Part shown: one piece after another, positions 9,002 through 17,115 of the stretch | How the letters are laid out: the number at the start of each line of letters is the position of its first letter | How positions within the stretch are numbered: position 1 is the first letter of the stretch | Notes under the pieces: generated by a model | Database searches by the model: none | What the model was told of the DNA's origin: nothing | What the model saw: the letters and a program-made list of their open reading frames with translations, nothing else | Source: Acidimicrobiia bacterium | GTDB taxonomy: Bacteria > Actinomycetota > Acidimicrobiia > Spongiisociales > JAENVV01 | Assembly: GCA_041577335.1 (NCBI GenBank) | Contig: JBFGJH010000008.1 | Span: 51,515-71,514, forward strand | Direction of reading: 5' to 3' | DNA length: 20,000 nucleotides | Position numbers and translations under genes: made by a program

Positions 9002-10188
9002 GGCCGGAGTCCTTTCCTGAGGTTCGCCATTCCGATGGCTCCGGCGACCAAACCAAAGGCCAGCATGGCCAGAACGGGAACGACCACCACTCCCACGTCA
9101 CCACCGGAAAGATCAGCGAGGCCGCGCAGGAACCATGCGTGCGGGGACACGAATCGCACATCGGCGATCCATCCGCCCGCCTGGCTCAAGTCGAAGAAGG
9201 TCCCACCCAGGAAACCCAGGATGATGGCCACCAGGCTGGCGAACGCCCCGGCTTGTTCGGCCGTGCGGGCAAACGCACTCACCAGCGCGACGATTCCCAT
9301 GGCGGCGATCACAGCCGCCAAGATCAGGGCGGCGACGCCGAGAGGCGAGCCCCATTCGGCGTCGACCAATAGCGCGGTGGCGATCACGAGGACGGTGACG
9401 CTGACAACACCGACGATGAAGGCGCCGATCGACTTGCCGGCCAGAATCGTCCACTTGGGGATCGGCGCTACCAAGAGCCGTGACAATGTGCCTGCGTGCC
9501 GTTCTTCCAAGAGGCTCGTCACGCCGAATTGGACCGTGAAGAACACGAAGAACACGGCCATACCAGCGGCGTAGAACGTGACCGGGTCCAGCTGCTTTGT
9601 GGCGGCGGTGACATCGACAATCGAGGCCGGGCTCTCAGTCCCCAGCACTTCCACTCCGGTGGCAAGACGATCCACCGGCGCTTGGATGACCTCCTCGACC
9701 GTGGCAACTGCCACCCGAACCGAAGTCATTTGGCTGGCAAAGCCTTGGGCCATGGCGACTGCGACACCGGCTTCGACCTCGGAGCTCTCGTTGCCAATGA
9801 CCTGGATGGTCACCGGCCGATCGCTCTGGACGTCGTCTGAGAAACCAGCCGGAATGATGAACACCGCTTCGGCGGTCACTTCATCGCTCCCGAACGGGGC
9901 AACCGCCCGATCCACCAATGGCATGGCGGACTCAACCGAGTCGCGGCGGAGCAGTTCTACGCCCTCGCTGCCCGCGAGCGTTCCCTCCACGAACAGCTCC
10001 GCAATTGGCCCCCCGTCGAGATCGACCACGCCAAAGGTGGCCTCGAACTGGTAATCCTGAACTGGGCTGAGAATGAATCCGAATACCAGGGCCAGGGCGA
10101 GGGGCGCGACGATACCGATGATGTAGGCGGACCGATCTCGGAGACGCTCCTTGAGGTCCTTCGCGGCGATCGCCCATGCAGTACGCAT
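8998..10188 (-). CDS. ABC-2 type exporter permease (LnrM/YfiM-like)
   Basis: IAAKDLKERLRDR, VVDLDGG, EERHAGTLSRLLVAP, FLGGTFF, SPHAWFLRG. Confidence 0.9.
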   Translation of the reverse strand: MRTAWAIAAKDLKERLRDRSAYIIGIVAPLALALVFGFILSPVQDYQFEATFGVVDLDGGPIAELFVEGTLAGSEGVELLRRDSVESAMPLVDRAVAPFGSDEVTAEAVFIIPAGFSDDVQSDRPVTIQVIGNESSEVEAGVAVAMAQGFASQMTSVRVAVATVEEVIQAPVDRLATGVEVLGTESPASIVDVTAATKQLDPVTFYAAGMAVFFVFFTVQFGVTSLLEERHAGTLSRLLVAPIPKWTILAGKSIGAFIVGVVSVTVLVIATALLVDAEWGSPLGVAALILAAVIAAMGIVALVSAFARTAEQAGAFASLVAIILGFLGGTFFDLSQAGGWIADVRFVSPHAWFLRGLADLSGGDVGVVVVPVLAMLAFGLVAGAIGMANLRKGLRP

Positions 10189-10191
10189 GAT

Positions 10192-11148
10192 TCACTCCCT
10201 CAAAGCTCGACCCGTCAGCTGGAGAAAAACCGCCTCCAGGTTGGCCGAGTCGATATCTACGCTGCTCACCACCACCTCCATCTTCGAGGCAACCTCGAAG
10301 ATCTCGGGCAGCAGGCCATGGGCGTCGCGGACGATGAGATCGATGCCGTCATCAGCGACGCCGGACTGCTCAACCCCAGTGATTTCCCGGAAAGCACCCG
10401 CGCAGGCGTTGAGCGGACCGGTCGCCGTGAGGCGAACCCGATCGTGCTCGCCCACGATCTGAACAAGGTCACGTTGGGTGCCTTCTGCCATCAACCTGCC
10501 CCGGTCGATGATCCCGAGCCGGTCACACAAGCGTTCTGCTTCTTCCATGTAGTGGGTCGTATACAGAACCGCCATGCCTGCCTCGCCGAGCCGCTCGACA
10601 CTCTCGAGGATGGCGTTCCGGCTCTGCGGATCGACTCCGACCGTTGGTTCGTCGAGGATCAACAAATGGGGATGATGGAGCAGGCCGATACCGATGTTCA
10701 GGCGCCGTTTCATGCCGCCGGAGTATTGATCGGACCGGTCATCGGCCCGATCCCGAAGCTCGATGATGTCGAGCACCTCATCAACTCGGATGTCGAGCGC
10801 TTTGCCCGTGATGCCGTAAAGGCGGCCAAAGAACCGTAGATTCTCGCGAGCACCGAGATCGGGATAGATGGCCAGATCCTGCGGAACATAGCCAATGTGG
10901 CGTTTTGCGTCAGTCGACTCGGTGCTCATGGGCTCGCCCATCACTCGAACGTCGCCGGAGTCTCGCTCGAGGAGACCGGAGATCATGGCGATGGTGGTCG
11001 TCTTCCCGGCGCCATTGGGACCCAAAAGGCCATAGGTCTCTCCGGCGGCGATCTGGAAGCCAACGTCAGCGACCGCGGTGAGGTCGCCGAAGGCCTTGCG
11101 GAGCCCAAAACAGTCGAGAACCGGCCCTGATGTGGGACGAGAACCCAT
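10192..11148 (-). CDS. ABC exporter ATP-binding protein (LnrL/DrrA-like)
   Basis: Walker A GPNGAGKTT, signature YSGGMKRR, Walker B LILDEPT, H-loop TTHYM, C-terminal LEAVFLQLTG; AGGAGG RBS. Confidence 0.95.
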   Translation of the reverse strand: MGSRPTSGPVLDCFGLRKAFGDLTAVADVGFQIAAGETYGLLGPNGAGKTTTIAMISGLLERDSGDVRVMGEPMSTESTDAKRHIGYVPQDLAIYPDLGARENLRFFGRLYGITGKALDIRVDEVLDIIELRDRADDRSDQYSGGMKRRLNIGIGLLHHPHLLILDEPTVGVDPQSRNAILESVERLGEAGMAVLYTTHYMEEAERLCDRLGIIDRGRLMAEGTQRDLVQIVGEHDRVRLTATGPLNACAGAFREITGVEQSGVADDGIDLIVRDAHGLLPEIFEVASKMEVVVSSVDIDSANLEAVFLQLTGRALRE

Positions 11149-11516
11149 GCTGCCCTCCTTTGGGACTTTCCGTTCAGAGTGTCGACTACGCCCGACAGCG
11201 CATAGAGGCAGAAGTCACAAATCTCGCGCGATCGCTCTTCAGGACAGCGTCAGCACCGCGTTAGAACGCGCACCGTAGGGTGGCCGGCGCAACTGGTGAG
11301 ATCTCGACCGAGTTCGAGGGACGTGAAGATCGGGTTCGGCCGCCGCTGCGACGATGTTCCAACCTTACGGGTTCTCCATGGCGACGCGGAGTGCGAGCTC
11401 GGCGGTTCGGTGCGGGTCAGCCAGGGCCTAGCAGCAGGTCGGGACGACCGGGAGATGTGCCAACCCAGCGGGGACGGTCCGCGGCTACCACTGCAACGAC
11501 CGGTACCATCGGTCAC

Positions 11517-12224
11517 GTGAAGAGGACCATTGCACTCATCGTTGCGATGGTGGTAGCCGCGTGTGGTTCTTCCACTTCGACCACCGTGGGCACGGTGCCT
11601 GCGCCGGCCACCACCTTCCCATCAACGACTGCGCCGACGGCCACCGAGCCGCCGCCGACAACATCCGCGGCCGCCGTGCCGGCGGGCTACGCGATACACG
11701 GTTCAACAGACCTCGGGTTCGAGGTGGCTCTTCCGGAGAGCTGGTTTGTGGCGGACCTGACCGCCGACGACATCGACGAGATCGCCGACGTTCTGGCCGC
11801 AGACAATCCCGAGCTCGTGGAGCTGCTGCGAACTGCAACGAGCGACGATGAGCTGGTGTTCCGGTTCTGGGCCTTTGATCTCGACGACACCGTGGACGAG
11901 TTCCTCACGAACGTCAACGTGACGGCATTTCCCCGAGGGCCGTTCGATGACCCAGAGATATATCAGGAGGCTCTCGGCCCTCAGTTCGAGTCCGTGGGGG
12001 GGAGGCTGATCAGCAGCGAGCTGGTAGATCTCGGAGACGGGGGGCTCTTCGTCGCGATGGAGATCCCTCTCGTGAACGCCCAAGGCGCCGACGTGACATC
12101 GAACGGCTTCCAGTTGTTTGCGTTCACCGAGAATGAGGTCATCAACATCAGTTTCTCCACTGATACCCCTGAGGAGTATGCCGAGGCCATCGATGTCATG
12201 CGGGACACCTTCATACTGCGCTGA
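11517..12224 (+). CDS. Lipoprotein with a Thr/Pro-rich linker and a probable PsbP/Mog1-like domain
   Basis: From GTG 11517 (7 nt after TACCAT): KRTIALIVAMVVAAC signal peptide with lipobox, T/P/A-rich tether, then GFEVALPESW. Confidence 0.8.
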   Translation: MKRTIALIVAMVVAACGSSTSTTVGTVPAPATTFPSTTAPTATEPPPTTSAAAVPAGYAIHGSTDLGFEVALPESWFVADLTADDIDEIADVLAADNPELVELLRTATSDDELVFRFWAFDLDDTVDEFLTNVNVTAFPRGPFDDPEIYQEALGPQFESVGGRLISSELVDLGDGGLFVAMEIPLVNAQGADVTSNGFQLFAFTENEVINISFSTDTPEEYAEAIDVMRDTFILR

Positions 12225-12336
12225 CCCGGCCGACTTCTCGGTCCGCAACACCCCCAGGACGAGAGTCCGGGCGAACGCTCGAAACCCTGTTCCCGGCGGC
12301 GCGATCCATCAGCCCCAGTCCGGCTGATCACCTGCC

Positions 12337-12395
12337 AGGTCTTCCGCCCTGGAGATCCCAGTCCATTGGTCCCACGCGCTTGGGACCTTTGCGGG
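12337..12395. promoter_or_regulatory. Three phased DosR/DevR-like boxes
   Basis: AGGTC-TTCC-GCCCT (12337-12350), AGTCC-ATTG-GTCCC (12360-12373) and GGGAC-CTTT-GCGGG (12382-12395), compared with GGGAC-N4-GTCCC; centres 23 and 22 bp apart. Confidence 0.55.
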
Positions 12396-12423
12396 TGGAC
12401 TCCTGCCATACTCATGTCGATAC

Positions 12424-12443
12424 TTTGTGAAACAATTCACAAA
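12424..12443. promoter_or_regulatory. Rex operator (NADH/NAD+-sensing repressor site)
   Basis: Inverted repeat TTTGTGAA-ACAA-TTCACAAA containing the Rex consensus TTGTGAA-N4-TTCACAA, just upstream of the AGGAG RBS. Confidence 0.85.
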
Positions 12444-12463
12444 TAAGACGAGAGGAGATCGTC

Positions 12464-13159
12464 ATGATGAGCCAGAGGTTCAGAACACTTGGAATGGTCC
12501 TGGCAATCGCCGGCCTTGGATTCCTTGTGGCCGGCGGATACGCCTGGTCCAAAGTCCAAGACGGCTACGGGTCGTTGCAGGCCTTCAGCGAATCCCAGAA
12601 CGTGACGTTGAACTACAACGAGGACGGCCAGCTCGTCGATCGCGGCACCACCGAAGGCGCCGACGCGATCATGGAGTTGCTCACCGATGCATGGGGCTAT
12701 CCGGTCGTGGAGTCCGACTTGGATCCCAACGATCCGTTGGTGAACTCGGCATCTGAGTACATGTATCAGATGGCCACCATCACGTACCACACACTGCATG
12801 GAACCCAGACCGTGGTTCTCGATGAAGACGTCGAATACAACGGTGAAGTCTTCCCGGCCGGCACCTATGAGGTCGAGGTTGACGGAAAATACTGGACCGA
12901 CTTCGACCGGATGCATCCGCTCGAGGGCCCGGCCCGCGGACAGGCATGGTCCGGCACGGCCCACGGCCTCATTGCTGAGCTCGGTGTCGGCACCGTTACC
13001 CACTCGACCCTGCAGCTGGGGCTTGGTGTCTCTGGCCTGCTGGCCGGCATCGGGTTGGTGTTCATGCTGACCGGATTCGGCCTGGTGTGGGCGAGCCGTG
13101 GCGATGCGACCCTGGTGTTCCCATCCGGCGAAGCCAAGAAAGAAGATTCAACCGTCTAG
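12464..13159 (+). CDS. Uncharacterised membrane protein (N- and C-terminal TM helices around an acidic extracytoplasmic domain)
   Basis: Strong RBS, own promoter region and terminator; hydrophobic segments near both ends. Confidence 0.88.
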   Translation: MMSQRFRTLGMVLAIAGLGFLVAGGYAWSKVQDGYGSLQAFSESQNVTLNYNEDGQLVDRGTTEGADAIMELLTDAWGYPVVESDLDPNDPLVNSASEYMYQMATITYHTLHGTQTVVLDEDVEYNGEVFPAGTYEVEVDGKYWTDFDRMHPLEGPARGQAWSGTAHGLIAELGVGTVTHSTLQLGLGVSGLLAGIGLVFMLTGFGLVWASRGDATLVFPSGEAKKEDSTV

Positions 13160-13189
13160 CGCAACGCACCAGGAGATTCCGATCTCCTC

Positions 13190-13222
13190 GAGGCCCGGGC
13201 GCAAGCCCGGGCCTCTGCGTTT
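13190..13222 (+). terminator. Intrinsic terminator
   Basis: GAGGCCCGGGC-GCAA-GCCCGGGCCTC, an 11-bp stem with a GNRA loop, followed by TGCGTTT; preceded by a small AGGAGAT/ATCTCCT hairpin. Confidence 0.8.
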
Positions 13223-13318
13223 AATCACTGAACTCTGCGTCGCCTGCTGCCGATAGGGGAAACGACCACGGACCATGCGGGAGTCGTTACACTCCCGCAG
13301 CTTCGCGCAGAGGACCCC

Positions 13319-14218
13319 ATGACCACCACACTCCTGACCAAGTCGAATGCCGTGCTCGCCGAGCGTCCCAACCTCGTGCCGGCGATACGCGACTACACGC
13401 TCCTCACCATGGGAGCAGTTCTGCTCGTCTACTCGTTCAGCGTGTTCATGCTTCCGTTCGGTATCGCCGGTGGCGGGGTCGGCGGCGCCGCACTCGTCGC
13501 CAACCGATGGTTCGGGTTTTCTCCAGGGCTCACCATGCTGGTGCTGAATCTCCCGGTTCTCGTGCTGGGATACCTTCGCCTCGGGGGCGTCACGTTTCTC
13601 TTCAGGACGGCCTATGTGGTGGCCATCTACAACCTGGGGGTCGACGTCTTCGGCGACATCTTCCCCTCGGGATTCACCGACGACCTCCTGTTGGCGGCAC
13701 TCTTCGGCGGGGTGATATCGGGAATCGGCGGAGGCCTCATCTATCGGTCTGCGGGGACTGCGGCAGGAACCGGCGTCATCAGCCGGATCCTTCAGCTTCG
13801 CACCGGCCTCCCGGTCAGCCAGATCTATCTCATGCTCGACGGCTCGGTCATCATCTTGCTCGGGCTCACGTTTGGCTGGGAGAAAGCGCTGTACGGCGTG
13901 ATCCTGCTCTTCGTGAACGGCCTGGCCCTGGACTACGTCCTCGAAGGCCCCAGCGTCGTGCGGACGATCACCATCGTCACCGACCAGCCTGAGCTTCTCG
14001 CCAGTACCGTGTTCGGCACATCCCGCGTTGGCGTCACGGGTTGGAAGGCGATCGGCATGTACACCGAGGAAGAGCGCACGATTCTGTTCTGCACCGTCAG
14101 CCGCGCCGAGACTGGCCGCCTGGTAGATGCGATCCGTGCCGCCGATCCGTCGGCATTCACGGTCATCGGCCATGCTCACCAACGCAAAGGTGGCATCGTC
14201 AAGGCCGGCAGCGCCTAG
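13319..14218 (+). CDS. YitT-family membrane protein (with C-terminal DUF2179 domain)
   Basis: IAGGGVGGA, LNLP, LLAALFGGVISGIGGGL, GTAAGTG, KALYG, and a soluble tail ending IRAADPSAF. Confidence 0.92.
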   Translation: MTTTLLTKSNAVLAERPNLVPAIRDYTLLTMGAVLLVYSFSVFMLPFGIAGGGVGGAALVANRWFGFSPGLTMLVLNLPVLVLGYLRLGGVTFLFRTAYVVAIYNLGVDVFGDIFPSGFTDDLLLAALFGGVISGIGGGLIYRSAGTAAGTGVISRILQLRTGLPVSQIYLMLDGSVIILLGLTFGWEKALYGVILLFVNGLALDYVLEGPSVVRTITIVTDQPELLASTVFGTSRVGVTGWKAIGMYTEEERTILFCTVSRAETGRLVDAIRAADPSAFTVIGHAHQRKGGIVKAGSA

Positions 14219-14430
14219 TCGCCCAGCCCACTGGGCCCGGCAGCGACGCCTGGACCCCTCTCCTCGACGCGTCGTCCGACCGGAGCGCCAAGAGGACCTT
14301 CGACTCTACCAGGCGCCGGCGATAGGGCGTACAACGTCATCGTGGATGTTGGGTGGGAATTCAGCCACCTACCCGGCGAAACGAAGAAAGGACAGCACCA
14401 GCCACATTGGGGGGAGGCGGTGCTGGCTTG

Positions 14431-14472
14431 AGGGAGGTCCGCCAGACGTTTCGGCGGGCCTCCCTTACGTTT
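14431..14472 (+). terminator. Intrinsic terminator-like hairpin upstream of pncA
   Basis: AGGGAGGTCCGCC / GGCGGGCCTCCCT, a 13-bp stem with one G-U pair, followed by TACGTTT. Confidence 0.7.
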
Positions 14473-14500
14473 ACTCCGCCGGTTGCGTACAGTTGGCGCC

Positions 14501-15088
14501 GTGGAATACGACTCCTCAACCGCATTGATCGTCGTGGATGTCCAGAACGACTTCGCGGACCCCGACGGAAGCCTCTACGTAGCGGGCGGCGAAGAATCGG
14601 TCGATTTCGTCAACATGCAGATCGCCTCCGCTCGGGAAGCCGGAGCACTCCTTGCGTACACACAGGATTGGCACCCCGCATCGACACCGCACTTCGTCAC
14701 CGACGGCGGTATCTGGCCGGTTCATTGCGTCGCGGATACCTGGGGCGCCGCATTCCATCCCCGCCTCACCGTCGTCGATGACTCCATCACCATCCACAAA
14801 GGAGTGGGCGGTGAAGATGGCTACTCGGGCTTCACGGTGCGCGACCCCCAGACTGGCCGGCAAGCCTCGACCGGGCTCGCCGATGAGCTACGCCATCATG
14901 ACGTCGGCAAGGTCGTCATCGTTGGCTTGGCGCTCGACTACTGCGTGAAAGAGACCGCTCTCGATGCCGCCGGGCTCGGCCTCGCCACAACCGTTCTCGC
15001 CGACGGCACCCGACCGGTGAACCTGTCGCCGGGCGATGGGGCGCGTGCGGCCGCGGCCATCACTCGTGCAGGGGCAAACATCATCTAG
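14501..15088 (+). CDS. pncA: Nicotinamidase/pyrazinamidase
   Basis: ALIVVDVQNDF, GSLYVAGG, TQDWHP, WPVHCV, HKG, YSGF, GLALDYCV (Asp-Lys-Cys triad and metal ligands). Start GTG 14501 lies 7 nt after TACAGT. Confidence 0.93.
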   Translation: MEYDSSTALIVVDVQNDFADPDGSLYVAGGEESVDFVNMQIASAREAGALLAYTQDWHPASTPHFVTDGGIWPVHCVADTWGAAFHPRLTVVDDSITIHKGVGGEDGYSGFTVRDPQTGRQASTGLADELRHHDVGKVVIVGLALDYCVKETALDAAGLGLATTVLADGTRPVNLSPGDGARAAAAITRAGANII

Positions 15089-15091
15089 TCC

Positions 15092-16636
15092 TCAGGCAGA
15101 GGCTCTGGCGTCATTCACCAGTTCTCGCTGGAGCGACTTCATGCGCTCGGTGAGTGACACGTGATAGATGTGGGGCGTCACGATCCTGCGAACACCCTGG
15201 TCCAGCCGACCCAGGTCATGCGTTCGCCGCTCTCGCATCGCCTCCAGGCTTGCCGGTGGTCCTTCTTGCCCGCCCGAGTAGACAGGCTCCAACAAGGACT
15301 CGACGTGTTCGATCTGGACGCCGGCCATCGTTCGCGACGCTTCCCGGTGGGGATGAAATAGCCGAAGTTCCTCTGCCGCCAACAAATCCTCGTCTGGATG
15401 AGCGATGACATCGGCGGTGGCGTAGCCGCGTCGGTCATAGACCCGCCACACTGCCTTCTCACCAGGAACCGGTACCTTGGCGCTGCTTTCGGACACCTTG
15501 ACGGCAGGCCACCATGTGCCGCCTTCTTTCATGGCGGTGAGCTTGAAGACCCCGTCCAAGGACGAGTCACCGTGCGAGGTGATGAGACGGGTGCCGACGC
15601 CATAGATCAATCGACCAGACAGGGCCTCAGGATGGATGCCGTAGCGAGGGGCTTCGTCGTCGATCTGGGAAAGGATCTGCCAGATGGCAAGTTCGTCGAG
15701 GTCGGATGAGAGCACGATCGGGACATCCGCGAAGCCGGCTCCATCGAGGAGTTTCGCCGACTGAATGGCGAGGTAGGCAAGATCGCCCGAGTCGAGCCGA
15801 ATCCCGCCTGGACGATGCCCCCGGGCACGCAGCTCTTCGAACACTCGAATCGCGTTCGGCACGCCTGACTCCAGCGTGTCGATGGTATCGACGAGCAAGA
15901 TGCACTCGTCGGGGTAGCTTCGAGCGAAGGCCCGAAAGGCGGCGAGCTCGCCAGCCCCGACCGCCATGAACGCCTGCACCATGGAGTGAGCGTGGGTGCC
16001 CTTCGGCTCGGTGCCCATCGCATGAGACAGCGCCACATTCGATGTGAAATCGCAGCCGCCAATGAGAGCAGCGCGTCCTCCGGCATCGGCACCCGACTCA
16101 GGGCCTCGCCGCATCCCGAACTCCATCACGGGCCGGCCCCGGGCGGCCTCCTTCACTCGCGATGCCTTGGTCGCGATCAATGTCGGATAGTTCAACCTGT
16201 TGAGCAACGCCGTCTCGAGGATCTGTGTCATCGCCAGAGGACCTTGCGCGACCACGATTGGGACGTGGGCGTGGACGACGCGCCCCTCCTGCACGGCGCT
16301 CAGCGAGACCGACGAGAAGTCGCCATTCTCCTCCAACCACTCCAGAAATCCCTCATCGAACCTGCGCTCGCCCGCCGGGGTCACCTGCGAACGGAGCTCG
16401 GCGAGGTCTTCGTCGATGAACCGAGTGTTGTCCATCCACTCGAGAAGCCAGTCCAGACCGGCCGTGACGCAATAGCCGGCCTGATGGGTGCCGTAATCGG
16501 GATAGGAACGAAAGAAGTAGTCGAACTGGGCGCGGTGATCGGCCAATCCTTCTCGCCAGTAGAGCTGGGCCATGGTGAGCTGGTATTGATCGGTGCTGAG
16601 AACCCCACCGAGCAGCGGATTGCGGTGATACGACAT
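15092..16636 (-). CDS. pncB: Nicotinate phosphoribosyltransferase
   Basis: TDQYQLTM, EFGMRR, TSNV, GTHAHS, LLVDTIDT, IRLDSGDL, GVGTRL, GVFKL. Start set to ATG 16636; the longer track ORF overlaps the divergent gene. Confidence 0.93.
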   Translation of the reverse strand: MSYHRNPLLGGVLSTDQYQLTMAQLYWREGLADHRAQFDYFFRSYPDYGTHQAGYCVTAGLDWLLEWMDNTRFIDEDLAELRSQVTPAGERRFDEGFLEWLEENGDFSSVSLSAVQEGRVVHAHVPIVVAQGPLAMTQILETALLNRLNYPTLIATKASRVKEAARGRPVMEFGMRRGPESGADAGGRAALIGGCDFTSNVALSHAMGTEPKGTHAHSMVQAFMAVGAGELAAFRAFARSYPDECILLVDTIDTLESGVPNAIRVFEELRARGHRPGGIRLDSGDLAYLAIQSAKLLDGAGFADVPIVLSSDLDELAIWQILSQIDDEAPRYGIHPEALSGRLIYGVGTRLITSHGDSSLDGVFKLTAMKEGGTWWPAVKVSESSAKVPVPGEKAVWRVYDRRGYATADVIAHPDEDLLAAEELRLFHPHREASRTMAGVQIEHVESLLEPVYSGGQEGPPASLEAMRERRTHDLGRLDQGVRRIVTPHIYHVSLTERMKSLQRELVNDARASA

Positions 16637-16716
16637 GTGCTCATTGTTGCCAATCTCACCGATGCGTGCACCGCCAAACCGCTCACGTCTCTCCTCAGGT
16701 GCGTAGCCTTGCCTCC

Positions 16717-17055
16717 ATGCAGTACCTACTAACCACCACGTGCCGGGTGGATCAGTCGCGATCTCGCGACTTCTTCGCCGAGGTCCAGCAATGGGAAGAA
16801 GAGGCAATGGCCTCGCCACACGCCCCTCTGGACCATGCCGTCTACATCGACCGTGTCGATCCAACCAGGAGCCTCGTGCTCACACGATTCGATTCCCAAG
16901 AGACCGCTGATGCCTTTCTTGCTACCGGCTTGCACGAGCAGTTCCGACAGCGATTGCTCATGTGCGCCACCGATGTCAGCGACTCTGACAGCTATGACCT
17001 GTTCTACGCCGCCGATTCGTCGGGCCACACCGTGATCTACGGCGAAGGGGTGTAG
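16717..17055 (+). CDS. Small ABM-like (dimeric alpha-beta barrel) hypothetical protein
   Basis: 112 aa from ATG 16717 (7 nt after TAGCCT); DPTRSLVLTRFDSQETADAF resembles the ABM-superfamily pattern. Confidence 0.7.
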   Translation: MQYLLTTTCRVDQSRSRDFFAEVQQWEEEAMASPHAPLDHAVYIDRVDPTRSLVLTRFDSQETADAFLATGLHEQFRQRLLMCATDVSDSDSYDLFYAADSSGHTVIYGEGV

Positions 17056-17115
17056 AGCACACAGGGTTACTCCGCCGATGGCGGAGCGGGCCCGATCAGA
17101 CGTTACTCTCTGGGA

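Noticed and set aside
12240..12295. Hammerhead-like GACGA-GAG...CUC-GAAAC segment
   Set aside because: C3/U4 are missing and no stem I forms; more simply a GGAC-GAGA-GUCC hairpin after the lipoprotein gene.
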